Assembly (NCBI RefSeq): GCF_006345805.1
Contig: NW_021836805.1
Span: 1-35,631 of the forward strand
DNA from: Octopus sinensis
Lineage: Eukaryota
Direction: 5' to 3'
DNA: 35,631 nucleotides
The translations under genes were made by a program, and so were the position numbers. The notes beneath the pieces are model-generated. The model was given only the letters and a program-made list of their open reading frames with translations. It was not told the origin of the DNA and ran no database searches. The stretch's first letter is position 1. Each line of letters opens with the position of its first letter. Below, piece after piece: positions 24,693 to 35,631 of the stretch.

Positions 24693-25249
24693 AACTATGC
24701 CGATTTTGTAAATTTTATTTTTAAAAAATTTGAATTTTTTACCGGCTTGTGGAGATGAATGATACAGTTGTCATGCGAAAATTTTCAAAACTGAAGGACT
24801 ATGAACTTCCCCGTACTGAAATGGAGTCAGTTGCCTTCCTTCAAGAGGTTGGAATCTTTCCTAAAGAAAAAAAATGTCAAAACAGACATTTTATGACCCT
24901 TCTCCAACAGCAGGAGAGTACAACATGGGTGTGCCATAAAAGTGGGTGTCGAACATATAGTTCAAGTGAGTCATTTAGACAACTCCTTCGATGAGCTAAT
25001 AGATGCCATCGTCAAATTTTGTCCGCCGAATATCACGCTTCGTATTACCAGCTGACCTTTTTTATTGTAATAAAGATTTTTTCACTGAGGGAATGATGAT
25101 GAGCATCTTTATTAACCAACAACTGTATCTTTTTAGACAGGTGGTCGTTAATAGCTCAGATTTAATTTTGTCGGTATTGTTTTGACACCACTAAGCCGGT
25201 AAAAAATTCAAATTTTTTTAAAAATAAAATTTTCAAAATCGGCATAGTT
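24693..25249 (+). mobile_element. Internally deleted Merlin/IS1595 element with about 56-bp terminal inverted repeats
   Basis: Near-perfect inverted repeats at 24693-24748 and 25193-25249. Inside, a zinc-ribbon N-terminus (FLQEVGIFPKEKKCQNRH..WVCHKSGC) is fused to the C-terminal DNSFDELIDAIVKF. Confidence 0.8.
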
Positions 25250-26432
25250 TGTCACAGTCCGAATAAAATACACGCCGAATAATTACATTCTTTAATTTCG
25301 AACTGAAATCTTTTCGGACTTGTAACGAATAATTACAATCATCTACATTAGAAATTCAAATTACATGAATTTTCAATTGGACTCGGACAATTGTTTGCAT
25401 CATCGACTTGATCAGACTCAACAAATCATTATTGATTATCTAAGGATAATTTTATAATTACAACCATAAAATATTGTATTTATTCCACTTATTCCCCGGT
25501 ATCTTTCAAAAGGGCTCTCATTAGAAGATGAGTGGACAGAAATGTTATAACTGTACACTGCATTTTCTAATTTTTCCAGCCACTTTTTATTATCATTGTC
25601 GATCATTTTTGCCATTTTTCTTGTAATTGACTGGTTGAAGCGTTCGACAATCCCTTGTGAGCGGGGATTGTTTGGCCTTCCGTGAATTCGTTTGATATTG
25701 AATTCCTCACATAGATTGGTCATTTCACGATTCTTGAATTCAGTCCCATTATCGGACTGAAGAAATTGACACGGACCATTTAAGAAAAATAATGATCTAA
25801 GGTTTTCACAAACTTCATTTGAGGACTTAGTGTAGAGCGGCCTCGCAAATGCAAATCTATAAAAATTGATAAAAACTAACCTGCTATATACGTCAATGAC
25901 CGTTAAAATCCATTTAAAATTTTATTTATAGTAGAAAAACTTTTCAGATCTATAAGATCTATCTGAAATCTTTCATTTGGGCAAGATGCAAAGACATGGT
26001 TATTATATCTCCAATCTAGATTTAAAAAAGTTAAAACTTTTAAGGGTCGCGCAAATTTACAAATTTCACAGTTTCGAATGACTTTTCGAATAATCTCGTT
26101 TTTAACTGTGAAATATCGTTGTCGACATTCATATTCAATTTTGTTAACTCCTCCATGCGAGAAGTCATGCAAACTTTTAGCAACGATCTCCATTTCGGGT
26201 TCATTGTCTAGACAAATCACTAGCTTGTGATCTGAATTCGCACATTTAAGATACAATCTATACATTTACAATTTGTATATGACCCTTCATTAATTACAGT
26301 AAAATTTTCAATTTTCTTAACTAGTCTATATTTTTTTTTTCTTTGTAAGATATTCAGGAAATTTATCCTGTAAAGCATCTTTTAAAATTTGATATTCCAA
26401 ACTATTCTTTACATAACTTTGTACGAGGACAT
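25250..26432 (-). mobile_element. Ginger/KRBA2-like rve integrase gene carrying micro-introns
   Basis: HHCC zinc finger (LHDFSHGG..CEIC), ERFQIDLID, LTVIDVYSRFAFARPL, QSDNGTEF and HGRP..PRSQGIVERFN. No RT or LTR seen; a TGTCA terminus sits at 25250. A few single-base frameshifts. Confidence 0.85.
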
Positions 26433-26770
26433 TGCTGCAAATATACTTGCACGCTAGAAATAATCAAGAAATTTAGGTTTTCCACCAAAAAAATTAATTT
26501 CTGATAATTAAATTCCTATAAATATAATTTTTTGTCAAAATGAGAGAGTCTTTAGCTAATTTAGTAAATTATTATGATAAGAATGAGTCGCGGTCTAATT
26601 AAAAGATTTATAATTTAATCCCATCAATGTCATAATTGTACATTTCAAGGTCACGTCAGGTAACGCGCAAACCATAGGTATCGCGCAAACCATGTCACAT
26701 AATAAAATGGTATGGTGTGTGTCTGTCTGTCTGTCTGTGTGTGCACACCAACTTCAAATTGGCAATACGA

Positions 26771-27367
26771 TGTCCTCGACTTACATGATGAAGTCCTTAA
26801 AACCTTCCCCCCAAACAAATTAAAAAAAAATTTTCTGCATTTTGGTTAAAATGAACAACTACAATGTCCTCGACTTACATGATGAAGTCCTTAAAACCTT
26901 CCCCCCCAAAAAATTAAAAAAAATTTTCTGCATTTTGTTAAAATGAACAACTACAATGTCCTCGACTTACATGATGAAGTCCTTAAAACCTTCCCCCCAA
27001 AAAAAATTAAAAAAAATTTTCTGCATTTTGGTTAAAATGAACAACTACAATGTCCTCGACTTACATGATGAAGTCCTTAAAACCTTCCCCCCAAAAAAAA
27101 TTAAAAAAAATTTTCTGCATTTTGGTTAAAATGAACAACTACAATGTCCTCGACTTACATGATGAAGTCCTTAAAACCTCCCCCCCAAAAAATTAAAAAA
27201 AATTTTCTGCATTTTGGTTAAAATGAACAACTACAATGTCCTCGACTTACATGATGAAGTCCTTAAAACCTTTCCCCCAAAAAATCAAAAAATTATTTTC
27301 TGCATTTTGATTAAAATGAACAACTCGAATGTCCTCGACATTCATGATGAGGTCCATTAAAACCTTC
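26771..27367. repeat. Tandem repeat, 92-94 bp unit, about 6.3 copies
   Basis: The unit TGTCCTCGACTTACATGATGAAGTCCTTAAAACC.. starts at 26771, 26865, 26957, 27051, 27145, 27237 and 27330 (last copy partial and diverged). Confidence 0.95.
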
Positions 27368-27575
27368 AAGGCAAAAATCTCACGTATTAAGAATATCCTT
27401 GATGAAAACGACAGCGAGAATATTAACAATGATGAACTCCAATTATTCGCGATAAAGAAATTCAATTCATCCTATGTTTTTCTCTTTAAATTAAATGCAT
27501 ATATCATTATCGACCATGAATCAAAATTAAAGCTATTATCATATTTGACTTTGACAGAATGTGCAATCACAGATT

Positions 27576-27774
27576 GCACGACTTTGAATAGAGTGTGCAA
27601 TTAACAGATTTTGAAAAACCACTTTGATAGTTGAAACCACATTAGCACAATCATTAACACAATTTACCACCAATTGACGCACGACCTTGAATAGAGTGTG
27701 CAATTAACAGATTTTGAAAAACACTTTGATAGTTGAAACACATTAGCACAACCATTACACAATTACCACCAATT
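27576..27774. repeat. Tandem duplication, about 103-bp unit x2
   Basis: GCACGAC(T/C)TTGAATAGAGTGTGCAATTAACAG.. occurs at 27576 and 27679. Confidence 0.9.
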
Positions 27775-28003
27775 AATTTGAAAAAAAAAAAAAAAAAAAA
27801 AAAAATTGACAGCGCAATCAGAAGAATTTGCGTAAAAATATTAACTATTTACTTGAGTTTTTCGTAAAGATAGAATTTATTTTCGGTATGCCTCTTTTCC
27901 TAACTTTTTTATTATTCAAAAATAATTTTTTAAATAGATAACCGAAGGAGGAAAAACGAAGCTGAAGAAAAAACGGTCAGCTTAATAAGGTAATTAATTA
28001 AAT

Positions 28004-28090
28004 CTTTTTTGTGTGTCGCTTTTTTGTGTGTCGCTTTCTTGCCTGCCGCATTTCCGCCTGCCGCATCTCCCCCTGCCCCATTTCCGCCAG
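28004..28090. repeat. 15-bp-period minisatellite
   Basis: TTTTTGTGTGTCGCT x2 grading into TTCCGCCTGCCGCAT-like units. Confidence 0.7.
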
Positions 28091-28479
28091 TAAAAAACAA
28101 AAAAAAAAAAAAAGGAAATTACAAAGGAAAAATGAAAAATTAAATATAAAAAAAAATAAACCACAAAAAATGAAAAAAAGTGTGCAATGACAATAACAAG
28201 GCCCAGGGACAGTCATTAAAGGTAGTTGGGTTATTTTAGAGAGTGAGTGCTTTTCACATGGACAGCTGTATGTGGGATGCTCGAGGGTAAGCAGAAGAGA
28301 AAATTTATTCATATATGCCAAGGAAGGACGGACGACAAACATCGTTTATCAACAGGCGATAGAATAGGGTTACATTAAACCAGGTAGTTTTATACATCTA
28401 CATAAACTTATAGTTGTTTGATGAAACAGGCCCTCCGCAGGAGCTAGGTCGCGGTGAGCGAAGCGAGCTGCCGAGCTAG

Positions 28480-31400
28480 TATTATATAATATATGATTCT
28501 TTACAACGAATAAAAGTACAACAAATAAAAGTTGTGTTCAAAATGTTAGAGAAACTTTGGAACGCCGAAAAAAAAGTTGTGTTTATGTAATTTATGAGAA
28601 AATTATCTGTTTTTCCGATTCGTGTTTGTATTTACTTGATATTTTCTTTAATTAATATTAAAAATAGAACATATACTTTATTATATAAAAATGAAATAAA
28701 ATAATATTTATTTGATAACAATAGATATCGCATTCTCAAACTTGTGAGGTTAGTGAATTCCGATACTCTTATCAAAAAATAGTCATGCAAGTGGCAACCG
28801 CTCATAATCCTGTGGACCCCAACATTTTGAATGTAGGACTCGCCTCTTTCGAAAGATACCGAACTAACAACAAAAGTAACAAACTTTATTAAACCACCAG
28901 TCGAACGTGAGAACATCCAAAAGCGTACTTTCACTCGATGGATCAACAGTCACATATCAAAAGTCAGCGACCTTTGCGTGACCGACCTCTACGTCGACTT
29001 GGCCGATGGACGAGTACTCAAAACACTCCTCGAAGTGCTTACAGGAGAAACACTGGTATTTCCCGCTACTCAGCACTTATTAATCAATATATCTCTATCC
29101 TTACAAGTATTGACAATCAATCGTTGGGTGGCAGCAGCACTCATTAGAAAATCATTAATTAATTGTCGGGAATTCTTTGGTCATAATTCATTTCTAGTGG
29201 GTATTGAATTTAGGCATTCGCGCGTTGATTAGATTGACAATCAATCGATTATTATTTGCTACGTTAATTAATTATACTTGCTTTGATATTATTATGTCTA
29301 GCCTGCTCTGAGGAATGATACGATGGGGATATACTGTCTGGAGAATCTCCACAAGATTATACTCTTCCTTGAGAGTTATCGCGTCCATTTGGAGAATATC
29401 CAACCATTGGACATATACACTGGCAACCCTGACTTAATTCTTGGACTAATTTGGATTATTATACTCAGTTTTCAGGTTTTTTTCATTTTTCTTATTGTAG
29501 GTGTCCGACATTGACCGACAGGATTCCATGCATGTGGCCAGAGAGGTGGTCTGTCGATCGTCCGCCCCCACCAATAAGTCGGTTGGGGGAAGGGACCGGT
29601 CGGAGGCTTTGCTGCGTTGGTGTCAGCTCAAGACAGCCGAGTATCTGAACGTGGATATAATGGACTTTACTACATCATGGAAGGACGGATTGGCATTCAA
29701 TGCCCTCATCCACAGACATAGGTTAGAATTGCAGGTGAGTGATCTGACTAGGCCAGATCTCATATCCTATGACCAACTCAGGAAATACGAGTTTTCTTTT
29801 AACCTCAACAACGCATTTTCTGTGGCTCAGCACAGTTTGGGAATTGAAAGTATCCTCGACCCTTCTGGTTTTCTGTTTTATGTATATTCCAAGATCTGGC
29901 AATGGACAGACCCGACAGTCGGTCGATCATAACTTATGTGTCCTCGTTGTATCAGTATTTTTCCAAACAGAGAGCAGACAGCGTGAGTATCCAGAGACTG
30001 TCCAATGTAGAATTGCCATTTTAGTTCTTTCTATAGATATTGAGGGATACGGTTGATATTGAGAAGCAGATCGACAAGTACAATTTTAATGTGGAGGATT
30101 TGATGGGGTGGATAGTCCACACGACGGAATCTCTCACTAATGCCTCGTTGCCTTCCACGGTCGACGAACTGAACGATAAATTGGCTGATTTTTCCTCCTA
30201 CAAATTGAATGTTCGCCCCAAAAGGTGGATTTGATAAATCAGACTCTTTTAGATTAGAGCAAAGAATGACCTGGAAGTACTGCTGCTGAACATTCAGAGT
30301 AAAATGAGACAGAGGAACATGAGGGACGTTTTTAGTCCCCGAGAAGGGGAGACGATGGCCGATGTTGATAGGAATTGGAAATCCTCGAAAGGGTGGAATA
30401 TTCCTACGAAACCCAAATAAAGACTCAAATGCTCATGTTTTGTGTTTTATAAACTGTAGATATCGACGACTGAAATTATGGCTGACAAGTTTGGGCGTTC
30501 TGTCAGACAATGCGAGGACTGGGTTGATCTGAAAGCGCAAGAGTTGGCCTCCTTCGATCAACAATGCGACTATTTGAGCGCCTCAATAGTCATCAAGCGC
30601 ATGGAGTTACTACAAGCTGAGATTCCCTGAGGGAACCAATCAATCTCACTCTCAAATCCCAAGTGGAATATTTTTCTCAGCAAAACTATAATTTGGATCC
30701 TCAAGTCCTTCAAAGGTTCCGATTTGGGTCTGATTTGTGCAGATTTGAGGACTATAACTGTAAATGGGGTGAACTGGTTGACAAATATGCTGAAATTAGT
30801 CACAAGTTTTCCACATTCAGGATAGTGGAGGCACTCTCTGCGCGAATAGACAATCTAAACCAAGAAATGGACTGCATTATGGCCAATCTATCTTCGTTTA
30901 GTTTCCGGAATGTGAAGCAGATCGACGCCCTCAACGACGACAGTGCGACATTGGCGAAGGAACTAGATTGGACTGAGTCATGTCTGGCTGTTCTAGGGAG
31001 GACTATGAAAAAGTAGACAACAGTAATCAACTGGCATTATTCTCTAATAGCAGAGGAGACGGACAAATTTGGAGAACAGTTGAATGGATTGGAGTCTCGG
31101 ATGTCGACAATGAGGGAAATAATGTCGGTTAGGACAGGGAAACTGAGGGAACTTCAAGACAACTTTGAGTTGTCACAATCTGCAAATGAGTTCTACTACT
31201 GGCTGCAACAGCAACTACTTCTGTCGACGGACAATGGTGATTCCGTGGAATCAACAATGACATTGATAAACGAGTTGAAGGTGTTGGGAGTGTTTTAATA
31301 TTTAAAGGAGGTCGGGTTGGGATATAAAAAACGAGTGGAGGATTTGAGAATGTTGGCATCTCCATTTGGTACTATCAAAGAGATGGTCGAGAAATGTGGG

Positions 31401-34400
31401 TTTCCCGCGTTTGATCCAACTCCACTCATGTCCGATTTCGATGTAAAATTCAACAAGCGGATGAATTTATTAACAGACAGACTGCAAGTGTTTAGAGTAA
31501 AACCACTGCTGTCATTTTTGCAGGTTTTGGATCGACTCGACGAATTTTCCGACGTGTTGAGGACAATTTATAACATTTATTCTGACGAGGCAACGCCCAA
31601 TCCAGACATGGCGACTACGGAATTGTTATTGGACCAACTCAACGTGAATATGGACAAGTGTTTGGATTATGCCGCAGTCACGGGAATGGCACAACAACTT
31701 ATATTTGTTAGTGTAGTATTAATATACCACAGGATGGACAAGACGTCGATGGATTGGTTGCAAATAGTGTGGCCGATGTCAACGAATTACATGGCAATGT
31801 CGTCTTCCTTTGTGAATCAGAAAAAACACGACTTTTGCGTGTCTTATCATACAATCAGATAATCAGGAGTCTGAGCTTTATAGGCGATTGGATATCCCTT
31901 GAGGTATTATGAGTGAGGTAGTGTGTAGAGCAGGAGACTGGCCTCCCTCGAAATGGAATCACGAGAATCGGTTAAGACAGCTAAAGTAAATTTGACCGTG
32001 ATGCTCGATGAGAGTACAAAAATGCAAGAAAAAGTACAACTTTGTGTGTTCAGTAGTCTAGGTTGATTCGGTTAACAGGAATGCCGAATCCTGGCTGGAA
32101 GGGGCAAAGGAGACTGATCCTGTGCAATATGTCAAGGGTCTGTCCACGCAGGTCAACGACCAGTGGAGGTCTTGGCTGTCGGAATTGGAAAGACGGTGGA
32201 GAGAGGTCGGACTGTCCTTCCTTAAGGAGACTATTTCAGTCTCTCTGAGAGAAGTGGAGGTTTTTAGACCATTGTTACTGGTTTAAAGGAGGAAGTTGAT
32301 TTTTTCGAGTCTTTTGTTGAGACAGACGTTGAAGACGCGGACTTGAGTCGACTGATGTACCTGAGGAGACGCCTCCAGAATTTTGACTCAGATATGGACA
32401 AGTTAAGGACAAAGGTAGTGGACTGTTCTTATTGCAGCTTGAGAGTATTGTGAATAAGGTCGGGGATGTGAAGTCGTTGGATGAGGAGTTTTCTGGTCAA
32501 GTAATGGAAAATGTGTTTCGGATTACTAGAAGGCTTGATGATATCACGGAAAATGTATTTTTGTTGTTTTGTGATTGGAAGGCGAGAAAGTATCAGAATC
32601 GAATGGAGGAAGCCAATGAAACCTCACTATTTATATCAAAACTGGACAAATGGGATGCTTGGCTATCACAATTCGATCTATCAGAGAACGTCCACAGTCA
32701 ATCACCCATCAGCGATTGGGAAAATCTATTGAAGATATTTGACGACTATGACGAATTAATTCAGTCAGAAAAAGACTCTTTCAAACAGACTGTCGAGTTT
32801 GGGAGAGATTTGTTGTCGGAAGGGACTGATCTCGACCGTCATATTCTCATCTCGGTTTGTAGTCGTGGTGAAATTACATTAGCAAACGAACGCACTCAAT
32901 GACCGATGGGACTTTGTGGAAGGACAGGTTGCTCAGAGCAAGAAGGACATTGAAGAATTTATTTTATACAAAGTAAATAATATATTGAGATATTTAAAGT
33001 CCTATGAGGAGAGTTTAGAGGAGGCTGGGAGAAAGTTGGAAGAAGACGAGGCAATGTTGTCCATAGTTATTCCGAAGGTGGCCAGTTAGTTATATTTTAA
33101 GGACTTTTATGATGATTTGGTGCCAGTGATTGAAGAATTGGAAGAATATGTCAACCAAAGGACAGGGGAATCATTCCAAAGTCCATTTATACGATTGGTG
33201 GAAGTATCCGAACAGCTCAACGTGCCTGAGATTGGAGACAAAGTACAGGAAGTACTTAACAGGTGATTTTTCATCCAAACTGTGTTCAGACTGGACGACA
33301 ATGGTCGGAGGTTGTGTGAGCGTATACAACAACTCAAAAATTTGGCCAAATTCGTGGAATTTAAAGATTTGTGTGATATTGTATATTGATTTGAGTTATT
33401 TGTAGTTTAATTACTCGTCAGTCGCCCTGAGAGATAAGTTGACTGGACTAAACAATGTCCCCAGTACTCAGGGGATGGTCAATCGTGAAGAACAGTATTC
33501 TCTGCCAGTAGAGAACATGCACCTCCAACACTTTGACATTGAGGAAATGGTATATTAACTGATATATTGAGAATCCTGCTCAAATGAGTATTGACATGCC
33601 TGAATATGAGAGCGAGATTGCTCGGTTGTATGGGGACGTCAACGAATTGAAGGACGAGGTAATCACTCTGCTCAAGCCGGGGGACCCTGAAGTCACAGGA
33701 AGTGATGACATGGACCTAATCGTCGTCGATTCCAAATTAGGGTGTGATATTTTGAGTGGAAGACATGCAGCCAATCTTCTCGAGAAATGTGATGTAATAT
33801 TGTAGTTATAATTGTGCCTAAGGAGTTGATGAGGGAAGCTGAGTCCGAGTCTCCAAACATTTCTGAACGGTGAGTTTAAGGTTAATGAGTGTTAGAGTTT
33901 CTGTCGTTGACTCCCACCGAGAGAGGATCATTTCTGTACAGAAGGCTTTAAGAATGTCAGCCAAATTTAAATATGTTGTGTCATTGGTGGAACGGATGAT
34001 GTGTGCTGTGGAGGAGACAGTTCCCACCACTTTAGGATACGTTGAACTGTCCATGGCTGATCTCGGGACACTGGGGGGTAGAGTGGACTCGATTGAGCCA
34101 ATGGTTACTGAGGTGTTAGAGGAATCGGTGGACATTGTGCAGACTGGCTCCGCTCCCGTCGAATTCTCAGAGTGGAATTATAAATTGGAATCACTGTGGA
34201 ACACACTAAAGACAAGAATCCAAGACCGTTCGAGGGAGTTGAGCACGTTGAAGGACTACTATACAGTATTGGCAGAGTGGGAGTGTTTGTAGTGTTGTGT
34301 GGAAATGGAAGGACTACTGGAATGGATAGAATTGCAGTCCTCATTTCTAATTGGAGAAGTGAATCCGGGGGAGGATATTTATGTGAACGAGTGGGTGTCC

Positions 34401-35631
34401 TGGAGTCTTGAACTCCGAGAGATGATTGTCCGCAATGGAATCGATGAGGTTAATGCGCTCGTCAGTCGAAGCACTGAGTTAGAGGAGGTGGAGTCTTTGT
34501 CGGTCAGTCAGAGGTGTTCTTAGCCTTTAATTGGTGTAGGAACAAGTTGAAGGAGGAGAGGGAGGAATTGAATGGTCAGTATGGGAACCTCCTAGAACAG
34601 GCCGCAATAAGGAAGAAGGACGTCTTTGTTTTGAGGGCAATGATGCAATTTTTCAACTCCTATGTTATGAGTGACTTTTGGTTTGAACAAAAAATATTTT
34701 TTGCTCAAAATATGGAGATTTTTGGAAACCTATCAACCATTTCTGTATTCTACAACTAATCATTTTTAGCGTCAGAATAAATTAATGGAGGACACGTGTG
34801 TGCGGATAAGACAGACGGGGAGAAGTCTTGTAGAGCAGTTCCAGACCTTGTTGGATGGGCTTGGAGATAGCCAGTTCATAGTAGACTGTCGACAGAGGCA
34901 GAATATAATTTTGAACAAACTGGAAGATCTGGAGGAGATTATTTCGACAGGATTGGAGTACTGTGGAGAGAAAGTGTCCCTGAGCAGTTACTACAACAAG
35001 TCACAAGAAATATGTGACTTTATGGGGGAAATATCCCGATTTGTCCAGCTCTACCTCGAAAGGTGCAAGAACAGGGAGTCAATGAGTGCCCAGTTGATGT
35101 ACAAGCGAATATACAGTTATGAAAAGTCATTCTCGACTGTGACCCAAAGTGTATAGTCCTCTGTTGGAGTTGTAGTTCCAGTCCTTCCAGTTGGAAAAGA
35201 ACATGTTGGTGGACAAGTACTCGGGAGATGACCGGAATGCCATATGCAGTGTGTTTGCAGAGACAGAGACTGCGTGGATGAACCTGAATAGTCTCCTCGA
35301 ACTGAGCATGTGTCAGATTGACAGTGAAGATCTCCTCATGCAGTTTTGGAGTCTTCACAACATGTTGATGAAGTGGGTGGGATACATGTGTGGCCAACTG
35401 TCCACAGAGGAATGCCAGTATTGGTGAGTGTCATTCCTGTTTAGGACAATGAGTGATATCCAGGCAGTGTGTGAAGAGAATGCCCGAATTTGTTGGGATA
35501 TTTCCGCATATGACGGGTTGTTCGACAAATATGTCGAGATTGGGCGTTGTCTGGTCTCACAAAGTCATCCTCGGATGGAGAATGTGTCTGAGGCAGTCCT
35601 TCTGCTCACAACCCGGCGGGGAGAGATGATG
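28480..35631 (+). repeat. Direct segmental duplication of 6327-13484
   Basis: Near-identical sequence at an offset of 22153, shrinking to 22147. It starts right after the Helitron CTAG and runs off the window end. Confidence 0.97.
28785..35631 (+). CDS. SPTBN1: Beta-spectrin, copy 2 (truncated by the window end; five single-base deletions, so either error-containing or a pseudogene)
   Basis: Same exons and introns as copy 1. Single-base losses near 30261, 30377, 30472, 30623 and 30996. Confidence 0.8.

Larger units (their letters stand above)
26695..28479 (+). mobile_element. Non-autonomous Helitron (5' boundary tentative)
   Basis: 28190-28366 encodes PIF1-type helicase motifs (AMTI/NKAQGQSLKVVGLF/LESECFSHGQLYVGCSRV..TTNIVY, two single-base shifts). 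The 3' end has a GCGAAGC hairpin then CTAG (28476-28479) followed by T. A putative 5' TC..AATAAAATG is followed by a (GTCT)n microsatellite. Confidence 0.8.

Noticed and set aside
26771-27367. CRISPR array
   Set aside because: The units are near-identical along their whole length, with no unique spacers and no cas genes, in a eukaryotic context.
27998-28342. 114-aa ORF with hydrophobic and repeated segments
   Set aside because: It is the antisense of the Helitron helicase tail plus A-tracts and the minisatellite.

Overview
Eukaryotic, most likely animal, genomic DNA with very compact spliceosomal introns. Nearly all are 21-37 nt GT..AG, which is why the ORF track shows only fragments; this architecture is best known from dicyemid mesozoans, but the taxon is my inference. 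Splicing by hand gives: ERO1 (minus, truncated at the window start), acetyl-CoA synthetase (minus, 13 introns), and a complete beta-spectrin (plus, about 39 introns). A second near-identical spectrin copy starts about 22.15 kb downstream, exactly at a Helitron 3' end. The AT-rich interval between the copies holds many transposon remnants (LINEs, RLE-type non-LTR, hAT, Tc1/IS630, Merlin, pogo, Ginger-like integrase, Helitron). It also hides two host genes largely missed by the ORF track: a SPRING1/C12orf49 homolog, and an orphan micro-exon gene encoding a mucin-like type I membrane protein built from symmetric 24-30 nt exons. All exon models were read by eye and need RNA-seq confirmation.
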